Made by a program: the position numbers and the translations under genes. This document shows, one piece after another, positions 20,871 to 30,350 of a DNA stretch of 64,000 nt. A model generated the notes under the pieces. It was not told where the DNA came from. It searched no databases and saw only the letters and a program-made list of their open reading frames with translations. How positions within the stretch are numbered: position 1 is the first letter of the stretch; each line of letters begins with the position of its first letter. The stretch comes from a virus. The DNA is taken from the IMG/VR virus record IMGVR_UViG_3300010412_000412, positions 1-64,000 of that record; one strand, written 5' to 3'.

Positions 20871-22337
20871 TTATAATTTAAGTTGTGAAAAATATGTATT
20901 AAATTTTTCTGTTTTATATAATTTTATTCTTTTAATACCATGGATATAAGTATAATTAAATTTATAACTTATATTATCAATAATATCTATAATAATAGAT
21001 TTATCTTTATCTTTAGATTTACGGAGTGTTCTACCAATACTTTGTAAAATTCTAATAGGTGCTTTAAAAGGATGTGCTAAAATAGCACATTGAAGATTTG
21101 GTATATTTGCACCCATACTCATTGTACCAAAACTTGCAAATAAAAGAATATTATCATATTTTGACATTACTGTACGAATATATTCACGTTCATTTACATC
21201 AACATTTCCTATTATTTTGAAAATTTGTTTATCATGTTTTTCGACTTCTTTTTTTGCCATATCATATAATATATCACCATGTTTTTCTATATAATTAAAA
21301 AGAACAATAGTATTATGTTTTTGTTTAAATGCTGTATCTAATATAAAACGATTTCTTTTTTCATCTGATATAATATAATCAATTTCTTTTTGATATTCTA
21401 ATTTTGTATTAAAATTAGTATTATGATTTAATTGTATACAATATATATTTAAATCATTAATAAAACCTTCTTTTATTAATTCAGATGTTGTTTTTGTTTT
21501 ATATAATAACCCAAACCATGCTCTACATTGTAATTCATGTATTTTACCATCTAATGTGCCAGTAAATCCATAACGATATTTTAAATGTTTCATAGATTCA
21601 ATAATTTTTGTTAATGATTTACTATTTGCTTGATGTGCTTCATCACATATAAAACAATCAAATTGTTTAAACCATGATGGTGGTTGTTTTATTAACATCT
21701 GCCATGTAGCTATTATTATTCTACGAGGTGAATTTTTATCTCCTCCTGATATCATTTTATATCTTTCATCACATACTATATAATCATCTTCATAAATATT
21801 TATATCATTATATAATTGTTCTACTAAATTTATTTTTGGTACACTGATTAATATTTTGAAATTTGTATTTTCTATGAAATATCTTAATAATAAATATATT
21901 ATGAGACTTTTTCCACTTGCAGTTGGGCTTAGTATGAATGCTGAATTTGCTTTTAAACAAAATTCAAATGCTTTTATTTGGTAATCATAAGGATATAATT
22001 GTAATTTATATAATGTGTTTTCTTCCCATTTTTTATATTTTTCTTCAAAATTAATAGGGTATAATTTTGGATCTATTGTATATGTATAATTATATTTTTG
22101 AAAAATTTTTATTAAATCAAATAATAAACCATTTGGAAAAGTATTATTTTTTAAATTAAATAAATGGATTTTTCCATCCCATATACCATATTTAAATTTT
22201 GGCATATATTTATAACCTTCTGTAAAAAAAGAAAAAGCGTCATATATGATTTTTTTCTTTTCTTTGTCTTTACAATAAATAATATTATATAATTCATCAC
22301 GATATTTTATATAAAAATCTTTTTCATTTTCATTCAT
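20871..22337 (-). CDS. uvsW: UvsW helicase
   Basis: WDGKI.L, SPTASGKS, DEAH, GFTGT, QSIGR.LR. Confidence 0.92.
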   Translation of the reverse strand: MNENEKDFYIKYRDELYNIIYCKDKEKKKIIYDAFSFFTEGYKYMPKFKYGIWDGKIHLFNLKNNTFPNGLLFDLIKIFQKYNYTYTIDPKLYPINFEEKYKKWEENTLYKLQLYPYDYQIKAFEFCLKANSAFILSPTASGKSLIIYLLLRYFIENTNFKILISVPKINLVEQLYNDINIYEDDYIVCDERYKMISGGDKNSPRRIIIATWQMLIKQPPSWFKQFDCFICDEAHQANSKSLTKIIESMKHLKYRYGFTGTLDGKIHELQCRAWFGLLYKTKTTSELIKEGFINDLNIYCIQLNHNTNFNTKLEYQKEIDYIISDEKRNRFILDTAFKQKHNTIVLFNYIEKHGDILYDMAKKEVEKHDKQIFKIIGNVDVNEREYIRTVMSKYDNILLFASFGTMSMGANIPNLQCAILAHPFKAPIRILQSIGRTLRKSKDKDKSIIIDIIDNISYKFNYTYIHGIKRIKLYKTEKFNTYFSQLKL

Positions 22338-22340
22338 TAA

Positions 22341-22769
22341 TTATTGACCATTTTTAAATTGTTCAAATGCTATTGCATCACGTATAGCAAAACCACGAGT
22401 ATTTATTACATTTTTTATGAAATCTTGCAACATATCTACTTTTGTTTTTTGTAAAAATATTTTTCTATCTATAATCATTAATTCTTCATCTGACTCCATA
22501 TAAATATCTAAATCAACTTTTTTAACCATTATATGTAATGGTTGTTCTTCATATACTTCATCATTACATTTTCCTAAATAATATTCAAATTTTATTTTTT
22601 TTAATTTTTGATATTGATATTTTAATTGTTGCAAATCTATTATTTCTAACATCATTATTTTATAATATTTATTGTGTAATTCAGATGTTCTTAAACTTTC
22701 ATATGATAATTCAGAACGATTTATTTTAACATCTTCATTCATTAATTTTTGTATTTCATTTATTTGCAT
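22341..22769 (-). CDS. uvsY: UvsY recombination mediator
   Basis: LH.KY, EYY.GK, RGF.I..AI...F..G; adjacent to uvsW. Confidence 0.85.
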   Translation of the reverse strand: MQINEIQKLMNEDVKINRSELSYESLRTSELHNKYYKIMMLEIIDLQQLKYQYQKLKKIKFEYYLGKCNDEVYEEQPLHIMVKKVDLDIYMESDEELMIIDRKIFLQKTKVDMLQDFIKNVINTRGFAIRDAIAFEQFKNGQ

Positions 22770-22773
22770 TGGT

Positions 22774-23238
22774 TTATTTTGGTAATATATTTTTGAATGT
22801 AAAATATTGATATGTAAATTCTACATCAAATGTTATGATTTGTGAATCAGTTATAGCACTATCAAATGATATACTTGCTAAATTGGTTGGAAATGCACCA
22901 AAAAATTCAAATACTATTATATTTTGTTTATTGGCACTTAATATATGAAGATTAATGTTTCTTATTAGATTTCTATAATCATCCATGTCAATAAAATCAC
23001 GTAACCAATTATGTAAATAAATATAATTTTGAAAATCTTCATCCATTAATATTACACAATTAAATTCAGAATATACAACATAATTTCCTGGTGCATTGGC
23101 TTGATGATGACGAATACTTGATTCTTTACCAGACATACTTACTGTTGGTAAAGTACATGATTGTATGAAAAAATTTAATTCTGGGGCATTTGTTATTTCT
23201 AATTTGTAATTATTGTTTTTTGCTAAATTGTAATTCAT
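22774..23238 (-). CDS. Tail completion/tube terminator (gp3-like)
   Basis: FF.Q...LP, DEDF.NY...HNW, F..AFPT.L. Confidence 0.8.
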   Translation of the reverse strand: MNYNLAKNNNYKLEITNAPELNFFIQSCTLPTVSMSGKESSIRHHQANAPGNYVVYSEFNCVILMDEDFQNYIYLHNWLRDFIDMDDYRNLIRNINLHILSANKQNIIVFEFFGAFPTNLASISFDSAITDSQIITFDVEFTYQYFTFKNILPK

Positions 23239-23244
23239 TGTTAT

Positions 23245-23273
23245 ATTATATGAAAGATATGTTTAAATGTCAA
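23245..23273 (-). promoter_or_regulatory. Sigma70-type promoter (probably leaderless transcript)
   Basis: Reverse-strand TTGACA-17-TATAAT ending 6 nt before the ATG at 23238. Confidence 0.7.
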
Positions 23274-23289
23274 TATTTATTTATATTTT

Positions 23290-23297
23290 TATAAATA
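23290..23297 (+). promoter_or_regulatory. T4-type late promoter TATAAATA
   Basis: Exact motif upstream of the 23338 gene; AATAAATA variants precede gp18, gp22, 56473, 26110, 9436 and 45842 (low specificity in AT-rich DNA). Confidence 0.5.
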
Positions 23298-23337
23298 TAA
23301 ATAAATATTAACATTAATTAAAAAAAAAGGAGATACA

Positions 23338-25200
23338 ATGTATATAAAACGATTTAATTCATGGTTACAAGAAGCTATTAGTGCAAAAAATTCTAAAGCT
23401 GCTAATAATATTATTGAACGTTATTTAAAACGTAAATTAAATAGTATTGTTACTATGTTACCACCTGAACAATTTGAAAATAGTAAAAATAAAGGTTTTG
23501 GTATTCGTTATATCTACGATTCAATAAAATGTATTCGTTTTAATTGGCGTGGAAAAAGTTTAAATGTTATGGCTTTACACAGTATTGATTTATGGGAAAA
23601 ACCAAATAAAAATCCTGATTGGCATGTCGAATTTAATACTGAAGTTAGTTTAGTGAAAATGTTACCTGCTATTGTTGATTTTATATTAGAAAAAAATAAA
23701 AAAATTGGTACTCAAATAGTTTTTCCTTCTGATTTTATGAAAGAAAATTATAATGATGATGATGATGATGAAAATGTTTATATTTTTGAAAGAAAAGAAA
23801 ATAATAATTATTTAGAAAATATACATAATTTAATTGAAATACTTGAAACATATGATTCTAATTTGATAAATGAACAAACTGGTGAATTATATTTGAATAA
23901 TATTATTGAACAATATAATATTAATGTATATCATATTATTGAATATATTAGAAAAAATTATTCAAATATTTTTATTGAAAAAAATAATAAAATATATTAT
24001 AAAGGTAATATAAATATTATACAAGAAAATTTATCTGATATTGTACATAGTTTTAATTCATTAAATAAAAATTTATTAAAAGAAGCAAAACAAGAGGATT
24101 TTTTTGATAATTTAATGTTACTTCTGGGTGATCCAGAATTTGAAGATAGAAATGGTTTTATAAATAGAAAAGCTATTGTAGATACTTTTGGTCCATCAAC
24201 AGCAACATTTTATTCTAAGTTTAGGAATCATCCAAAATATAAAAAATATTTTAGTGGAACAACTAGGGATATCAAATTCATTGGTGATGTTGCTGAATTA
24301 GAAGCACAAAAAAATCAAATATTACAAGATTTAGGTGCAAAACAATTCAGAATAACAAGAGGTGCTACTGATGATGAAGTTGGTTCAACAGAATTTGAAG
24401 AAAGAATAGAAGCAAAAGGTGGAATAAAAAAAGTTGCATATACAATGCAATTAGAACATCTTGGTTTATTAACACAATTAGTAATTAAAAAGGCCAGTAA
24501 TGCACTGTTTGTTGCTGGTAGAGGTGGAACAGGAAAAACACAAACAGTTGAAAAAATTCTTGCTGATAATGGTTTACAAGATGGTCATGGTTATGTAAAA
24601 ATTACTGGTTCTTCTAGTCCTGTTGGTATATATGCAACATTATTTAATAATCCAGATAGTTTAATATTATTTGATGATTGTGATGGTGCTTTAAAAGATC
24701 AAGATGGTAGAAATATTATCAAAGCTGCAACTGATACTAAGAAAATTAGAAAAATAGCATGGAATAAAAAAGGATTTTTAACACAACAAGAATATGAATT
24801 AGAATTAGCAAGAAGAGAAGAAGAAGATGCACAAGATGAACCTTGGGAAAAATATCCAAATGCTTATGAATTTCGTGGAAATGTTATTTTTATTTCAAAT
24901 TTAACACTTGATAAATTAGATCCAGATGGTGCTCTAAGAACAAGAGGATATATAATTGAAATAGATCCAACAGATAGTGAAATGTTAGATTATATGGATG
25001 AAATAAAACATTTAATTCCAATTGAAGTAGAAGGTGTAAATTCATTATCTGCTGCTGAATTAGATGAAGTAATGAATGGTGTACGTGAAATGGCAAAAAG
25101 TCGACAAAAAAATTCTGTAACATTAAGAACATTGGTTCGTGCAGTTCAACTTAAAGCTGCTTTAGGTGATAAATGGAAACAATTAGAAAATTATTTATGA
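23338..25200 (+). CDS. AAA+ ATPase with long N-terminal region
   Basis: GRGGTGKT Walker A, LFDDCD Walker B, F.G.VIFISNL. Confidence 0.8.
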   Translation: MYIKRFNSWLQEAISAKNSKAANNIIERYLKRKLNSIVTMLPPEQFENSKNKGFGIRYIYDSIKCIRFNWRGKSLNVMALHSIDLWEKPNKNPDWHVEFNTEVSLVKMLPAIVDFILEKNKKIGTQIVFPSDFMKENYNDDDDDENVYIFERKENNNYLENIHNLIEILETYDSNLINEQTGELYLNNIIEQYNINVYHIIEYIRKNYSNIFIEKNNKIYYKGNINIIQENLSDIVHSFNSLNKNLLKEAKQEDFFDNLMLLLGDPEFEDRNGFINRKAIVDTFGPSTATFYSKFRNHPKYKKYFSGTTRDIKFIGDVAELEAQKNQILQDLGAKQFRITRGATDDEVGSTEFEERIEAKGGIKKVAYTMQLEHLGLLTQLVIKKASNALFVAGRGGTGKTQTVEKILADNGLQDGHGYVKITGSSSPVGIYATLFNNPDSLILFDDCDGALKDQDGRNIIKAATDTKKIRKIAWNKKGFLTQQEYELELARREEEDAQDEPWEKYPNAYEFRGNVIFISNLTLDKLDPDGALRTRGYIIEIDPTDSEMLDYMDEIKHLIPIEVEGVNSLSAAELDEVMNGVREMAKSRQKNSVTLRTLVRAVQLKAALGDKWKQLENYL

Positions 25201-25204
25201 TAAA

Positions 25205-25435
25205 ATGATCGTATCAAATGAATCTAATGAAAGACAAATTGCTTTTGAATTTGAACATTATCAAGCAACCCCATCTGCTTTATGGATTATAAATCATAAT
25301 ATGAATTGTCATCCATCTGTGACTATCACAGATAGTGCTGGTACTTGTGTTGAAGGTCATGTTAATTATATTGATTTGAATACTTTGGAAGTTGGATTTA
25401 CTGGTGGATTCACTGGTTCTGCAATTTTAAGATAA
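25205..25435 (+). CDS. Small structural protein
   Basis: W.INHN....PSV motif resembling the C-terminus of the 26110 protein. Confidence 0.6.
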   Translation: MIVSNESNERQIAFEFEHYQATPSALWIINHNMNCHPSVTITDSAGTCVEGHVNYIDLNTLEVGFTGGFTGSAILR

Positions 25436-25439
25436 TTTA

Positions 25440-25467
25440 TTGACATTTTTATAGAAAAATATATAAT
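25440..25467 (+). promoter_or_regulatory. Sigma70-type promoter
   Basis: TTGACA-16-TATAAT just upstream of ATG 25474. Confidence 0.55.
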
Positions 25468-25473
25468 TATAAT

Positions 25474-26061
25474 ATGAAATATATAGATATAGAAAAACAT
25501 TTGAAAGATCGTGGAATTGATTTAAGAAAAACACATTTAATAATTGATAATTATAATAATTATGCTGTTTTTCTTTTATATAATTTATCTGGTAAATTAA
25601 TTGGTTATCAAAATTATAATCCAAATGGTAAAAAATCGATAAATTATTCTAAAAGTAAACTAAAAGATATGTCAACAGAAGAAATGTTTTCATTAATGAA
25701 ATATTTTACTTATGTTAGTGAAATGGATAAAACTCATCAAATAGCAGTATGGGGATTAGAAACATTAGAAATAACTTCTAAATATTTATTTATAACAGAA
25801 GGAATTTTTGATATTATTAAAATACATAATCAAGGTTTTGCCGGTATAGCTGTTTTGGGTAATGATCCAATAAAACTTAAAGGATGGTTATCATTATTAC
25901 CACAGAAAAAAATTGTAATTTATGATAATGATAAAGCAGGAAAAGAATTAAGGAAACTTGGTAATTGGTCATATACTGTACCAAAACCATATAAAGATTT
26001 AGGTGAAATGAGTGATGATGAAGTATATAAGTTTTTGGTGAAAATGAAAATAATTAATTAA
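25474..26061 (+). CDS. TOPRIM-domain primase-like protein
   Basis: ITEGIFD, YDNDKAG, YKDLGE. Confidence 0.75.
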   Translation: MKYIDIEKHLKDRGIDLRKTHLIIDNYNNYAVFLLYNLSGKLIGYQNYNPNGKKSINYSKSKLKDMSTEEMFSLMKYFTYVSEMDKTHQIAVWGLETLEITSKYLFITEGIFDIIKIHNQGFAGIAVLGNDPIKLKGWLSLLPQKKIVIYDNDKAGKELRKLGNWSYTVPKPYKDLGEMSDDEVYKFLVKMKIIN

Positions 26062-26109
26062 AAAAAAAACAACAATAAATAAAAAAATAAAATATCAAAA
26101 AGGAATATT

Positions 26110-27505
26110 ATGGCTACGCAACCAAAACAATTTTTAGTTCATGTTAATTTTAATCAAAATGAAATACAAAATGGTGTCATACAAAATTTAGCGACACATC
26201 CAACATCTCCTGTTGAACGGACAAATATATACAAATACAACAGATCATAATACTTATCAATATTTAAATGGTACATGGGAAACATGGGTATCTGCAGCAT
26301 TATTAGGAGTAGCAAATGGTGTAGCAACATTAAATGCTAGTACATTAGTTATTCAAGATCCAGCTAATGCAGTAATCACACCAGCCGCTGATAAAATTGT
26401 AAAAGCAAATAGTTCAGGTAAAATAGATAATGGTTGGTTACTTACAGGAACAGGTAATGGTTTAGATTCTGATTTATTAGATGGACAACATGGTACATTT
26501 TATTTAGCACGTGCAAATCATACTGGTACGCAACCAGCTAGTACAATCAGTGATTTTGATGCACAAGTCAGAACAAATAGACTTGACCAAATGGCATCAC
26601 CAACAGCGTCTATTGATTTAAATGGTCAATTAATAACAAATTATACAACGACACCAGTAAATGCTTATGATGTACCAAATAAAAAATATGTAGATGATAT
26701 TAGTCAAGGTTTAAATGGTAAGACATCAGTTAAAGTAGCTACAACTGTTAATTGTAATTTAACAGGGGAACAAACAATAGATGGTGTTGGTGTTGTAGAT
26801 GGTGATTTAGTATTAGTTAGAGTTAATACAAATCCAGAAGAAAATGGTACATATATAGTAAAAGATGGTACTGATTGGATAAGAAATGAAGATACTGATA
26901 CATGGGAAAAATTAATCAGTGCTTTTGTATTTGTTGAACAAGGTGCCACATTAGCAGATTCAGGTTGGTTATGTACAATAGATGCAGGTGGAACATTAGA
27001 TACTACTGCGGTTACTTGGGTACAATTTTCACAAGCTGGTACAGTTACAGCTAGTAATATTGGTTCTGGTTCTGTTAATGTTTTCAAACAAAAAACAGGT
27101 ACAGTTTTAGAATTTAGAACATTAAAAGATACTTCATCAATTGATGTTACACAAAATGGTGATTTTATTGAATTTGATGTAATACCAGCTGGTATAAATA
27201 TCAATTTATTAGGTGGTGGACCATTAACTGTAGCAAATGGTGGTACAGGAGCAACAACAGCATTAGGAGCAAAAACTAATTTAGGTTTTCAAACAAAACA
27301 TGCTGAAGATATTGGTGATGGTACAACAAAAGAATTTACAATTAATCATAATTTAAATACATATGATGTTATTACTCAAGTTTATAATAAATCAACAAAA
27401 CATACAGTAGAACCTGATATTGAAAATTATGATGCTAATAATGTTAAAATTAATTTCAATAAAGCACCAACAGCTAATCAATATCGTGTTGTTGTAATTG
27501 GTTAA
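26110..27505 (+). CDS. Tail fibre/collar-type structural protein; needs +1 shift at CGG 26218
   Basis: AAGGA SD and ATG 26110; SPVE-[C]-GQIY; RANHTGTQ, KKYVD, Q.IDGV, ENG.Y motifs; ~464 aa. Confidence 0.8.
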
Positions 27506-27536
27506 TTTTGGTTTAATTTAATATGATGGGAATAAT

Positions 27537-28979
27537 ATGGCAAGGGAATTTCTTGGTGTTGGTATAACAGCTATTAAAAATGGTGAAGATGAATTTTTTT
27601 ATCCGGGTCATGAAACAGCTAATCAAATAAGTGTAGATACTACTAATTTTGATAATTTATTAACACCAAATGAAGATACTGTTCAAAAATGTTTTGATAA
27701 AATTAATGATTTTTCTGCTAATGAAATACCAAATATTACTGAATTTGCACAAGATGCTATTGGTAATATTTTAACAAATACTTGGACGATAAATTGGACG
27801 TATGATGATATAAATAATATAATAAGTTCAAATATAAATTATCAAATGAGTATAGATAGTGATTCTTTTGGCATAAAATTAAAAGGTGATATTGATGAAC
27901 CAGGATTATATAAATTTTATGGTACAAATGAAAATGGTATAAAAGGATGGTATGGATTACAAGGTATTTATGGCAATATGATAATTTATAATCCTTTTAG
28001 TCTTGATTTTACACATTTTCATAGAGAACATATAAAATTATTTACTGTTGAAACTGATATATATTATTCAATAGGAACTCAACCAAATACTGTTTATACA
28101 AGAAGTCAAGGTGGATTTGCTTGGTATAAATCAGGTAAACATGATCCAACAAGTTATAATCCTGGTATTGGTGGATCTGTACAAATGTTATTACACGATT
28201 CAGGTAATTTAATAATTGGTTCTGATATTGATGATGGTATTAATAAATTACAAATTAATGGTACATTAAAAACAAATGGTATTCATTTACCAGATGGATT
28301 ACATGGTGATATAATTGTAAGAGATGGAAATAATTTCAATAGATTACCACCTGGTATACCAGGAGAAGTATTAATCACAAAAGGTGCAGGAATGACCCCA
28401 GAATGGGGACAAGTATCATTACAAGGATCGTCAGGTGTAGCGGGTGGTTTTAATTCAGGTGGTTTTTTTGATAATGCAAAAATGGCAAAAGATCCTACTG
28501 TTAGATTATTTTCATATGATGAAATTATAATAGCACCCATTACTGTTTGGAAAAATGTAACAATGGATTTAATGGGTGTATATGCAACAAAAGATGGTGA
28601 TAGTCCATTATCTAATCAAAAATTAAGATTATTGATATATGATACAGATCAACAATTAGGATGGCCTGATTCATTAATATATCAATCTTCAGAATTACAA
28701 ATAGATAGAATGATATTTATATCAGAAATAATTAATGTTACATTTCAAGGTGGAAAAACATATTGGGTAGGTATACATACAAAAAATAATCCTGAAATGA
28801 GAAGTATACATCCTGATGTTGTTCCTCCATTAGGGTTAGATTTTTTAAATAATCAATATTATACTGTATTACAACAATATATACCATTTGCGAATGGAGC
28901 ACCATCTACATGGACAATGAATGATAATCAATTTTTACGAACAGATGTTGTTAGTATACGTTTTAGAATTTCAAATTGA
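27537..28979 (+). CDS. Tail fibre-like structural protein
   Basis: SGNL.IG, KLQING and G..G.VL fibre-type motifs. Confidence 0.6.
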   Translation: MAREFLGVGITAIKNGEDEFFYPGHETANQISVDTTNFDNLLTPNEDTVQKCFDKINDFSANEIPNITEFAQDAIGNILTNTWTINWTYDDINNIISSNINYQMSIDSDSFGIKLKGDIDEPGLYKFYGTNENGIKGWYGLQGIYGNMIIYNPFSLDFTHFHREHIKLFTVETDIYYSIGTQPNTVYTRSQGGFAWYKSGKHDPTSYNPGIGGSVQMLLHDSGNLIIGSDIDDGINKLQINGTLKTNGIHLPDGLHGDIIVRDGNNFNRLPPGIPGEVLITKGAGMTPEWGQVSLQGSSGVAGGFNSGGFFDNAKMAKDPTVRLFSYDEIIIAPITVWKNVTMDLMGVYATKDGDSPLSNQKLRLLIYDTDQQLGWPDSLIYQSSELQIDRMIFISEIINVTFQGGKTYWVGIHTKNNPEMRSIHPDVVPPLGLDFLNNQYYTVLQQYIPFANGAPSTWTMNDNQFLRTDVVSIRFRISN

Positions 28980-28991
28980 AAGGTTTATATT

Positions 28992-29864
28992 ATGAGTTTA
29001 TATAAAGAAACAAATATAGCAGGTAGTGAATATGTTAGAACAAATAGAGTTATTTTAGATAATCCTATTTCAGGAAAAAGAATAGCACATTATATTGAAG
29101 AAAAAATTATCAATTTAGATAATAATGATACTTTAAAAATACCAAAAGGTGAATTAACATTTGATGTTTCTAATTTATCCACAATATTTCCATTATATAA
29201 TCCTGAAACAGGTAATCCTATACCAGGACAATTTAGTAATTATTCAACAATTCATCATTTATTATATTCAGCTTATATATATCAAGCATCAAAAAGAGAT
29301 AAATTAATACCAATATTTTCTACTATACCAAAATTAAATGCTTATGTTGATGCTCCTTATCGTTTTGATGTATTAATTGTTGATAATGATACAGATGCTA
29401 CAAATATAACAATTAATTATGTTGAAAAACCAGCATGGTTATCTTTTAGTGATTATGGTGATAAAACAGCAGTATTAAGTGGTACACCTTCTATTAATGA
29501 TGTGGGAAATGTTACTGTTAAATTAAGTGCTAGTGATGGATCAATTACAGAATATTTTGAATATACTTTAAATGTTTCACAAACAACTATACCAATTTTT
29601 ATAAGTGAACCAATATTAACAGCAACAGAAAATGTTCTTTATACATATAATATAACTGTTATTGATGATTCAATAGTTAATTTATCATGTATAACAAAAC
29701 CAACATGGTTATCTTTTATTGATAATGGTAATAATACTGCAATATTAAGTGGTACACCAAGTTCAGAACATATAGGAATGATCAATATAGATATTGAAAT
29801 ATTAGCAGATGATTCAACACGAATAACAAATCAAGATTTCACAATAGAAGTCATAGCAGCATGA
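28992..29864 (+). CDS. Ig-like (He_PIG/cadherin-like) repeat virion protein
   Basis: Two KP.WLSF.D.G..TA.LSGTPS repeats. Confidence 0.75.
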   Translation: MSLYKETNIAGSEYVRTNRVILDNPISGKRIAHYIEEKIINLDNNDTLKIPKGELTFDVSNLSTIFPLYNPETGNPIPGQFSNYSTIHHLLYSAYIYQASKRDKLIPIFSTIPKLNAYVDAPYRFDVLIVDNDTDATNITINYVEKPAWLSFSDYGDKTAVLSGTPSINDVGNVTVKLSASDGSITEYFEYTLNVSQTTIPIFISEPILTATENVLYTYNITVIDDSIVNLSCITKPTWLSFIDNGNNTAILSGTPSSEHIGMINIDIEILADDSTRITNQDFTIEVIAA

Positions 29865-30346
29865 ATAAAGTATATTGTTATAATCCACATTTAGCTAATG
29901 ATTCAATTGTTCAATTTTTATTTTTTGATACAATAGCAAATTTAATATCGACAGAAAATGGTATATTAAATATTACAAATGTTGGTGTATGGGAATGTGA
30001 AATACCAATAATATTAACAGAAGGCGAATATACAGTAATTGTAAAAAGCAATAATATTGTTTTAGGAAAAGAAGAAATATATTGGGATAGTGAAAAAATA
30101 ATACCAAAATCACAAATATATGCTAAAGCAGTAAGAGAAGAATTAAATCCTGAAATAATTCATTTAGTAAGTTTAACAAATGGATTAACAATAAATCAAT
30201 CAACAATGTTATTAGAATTATATCGTTTAATGGGTTTAGATCCCACAAAACCATTATTTGTAAGTAAAAATCAAAGAATTGCTGGTGATGAAATAAAACA
30301 ACGTATAGATGATAATCATATTAGAACAATAATTACAAGAGAATAA
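29861..30346 (+). CDS. Hypothetical virion protein
   Basis: ORF coupled within the structural operon. Confidence 0.55.
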   Translation: MNKVYCYNPHLANDSIVQFLFFDTIANLISTENGILNITNVGVWECEIPIILTEGEYTVIVKSNNIVLGKEEIYWDSEKIIPKSQIYAKAVREELNPEIIHLVSLTNGLTINQSTMLLELYRLMGLDPTKPLFVSKNQRIAGDEIKQRIDDNHIRTIITRE

Positions 30347-30350
30347 ATAA

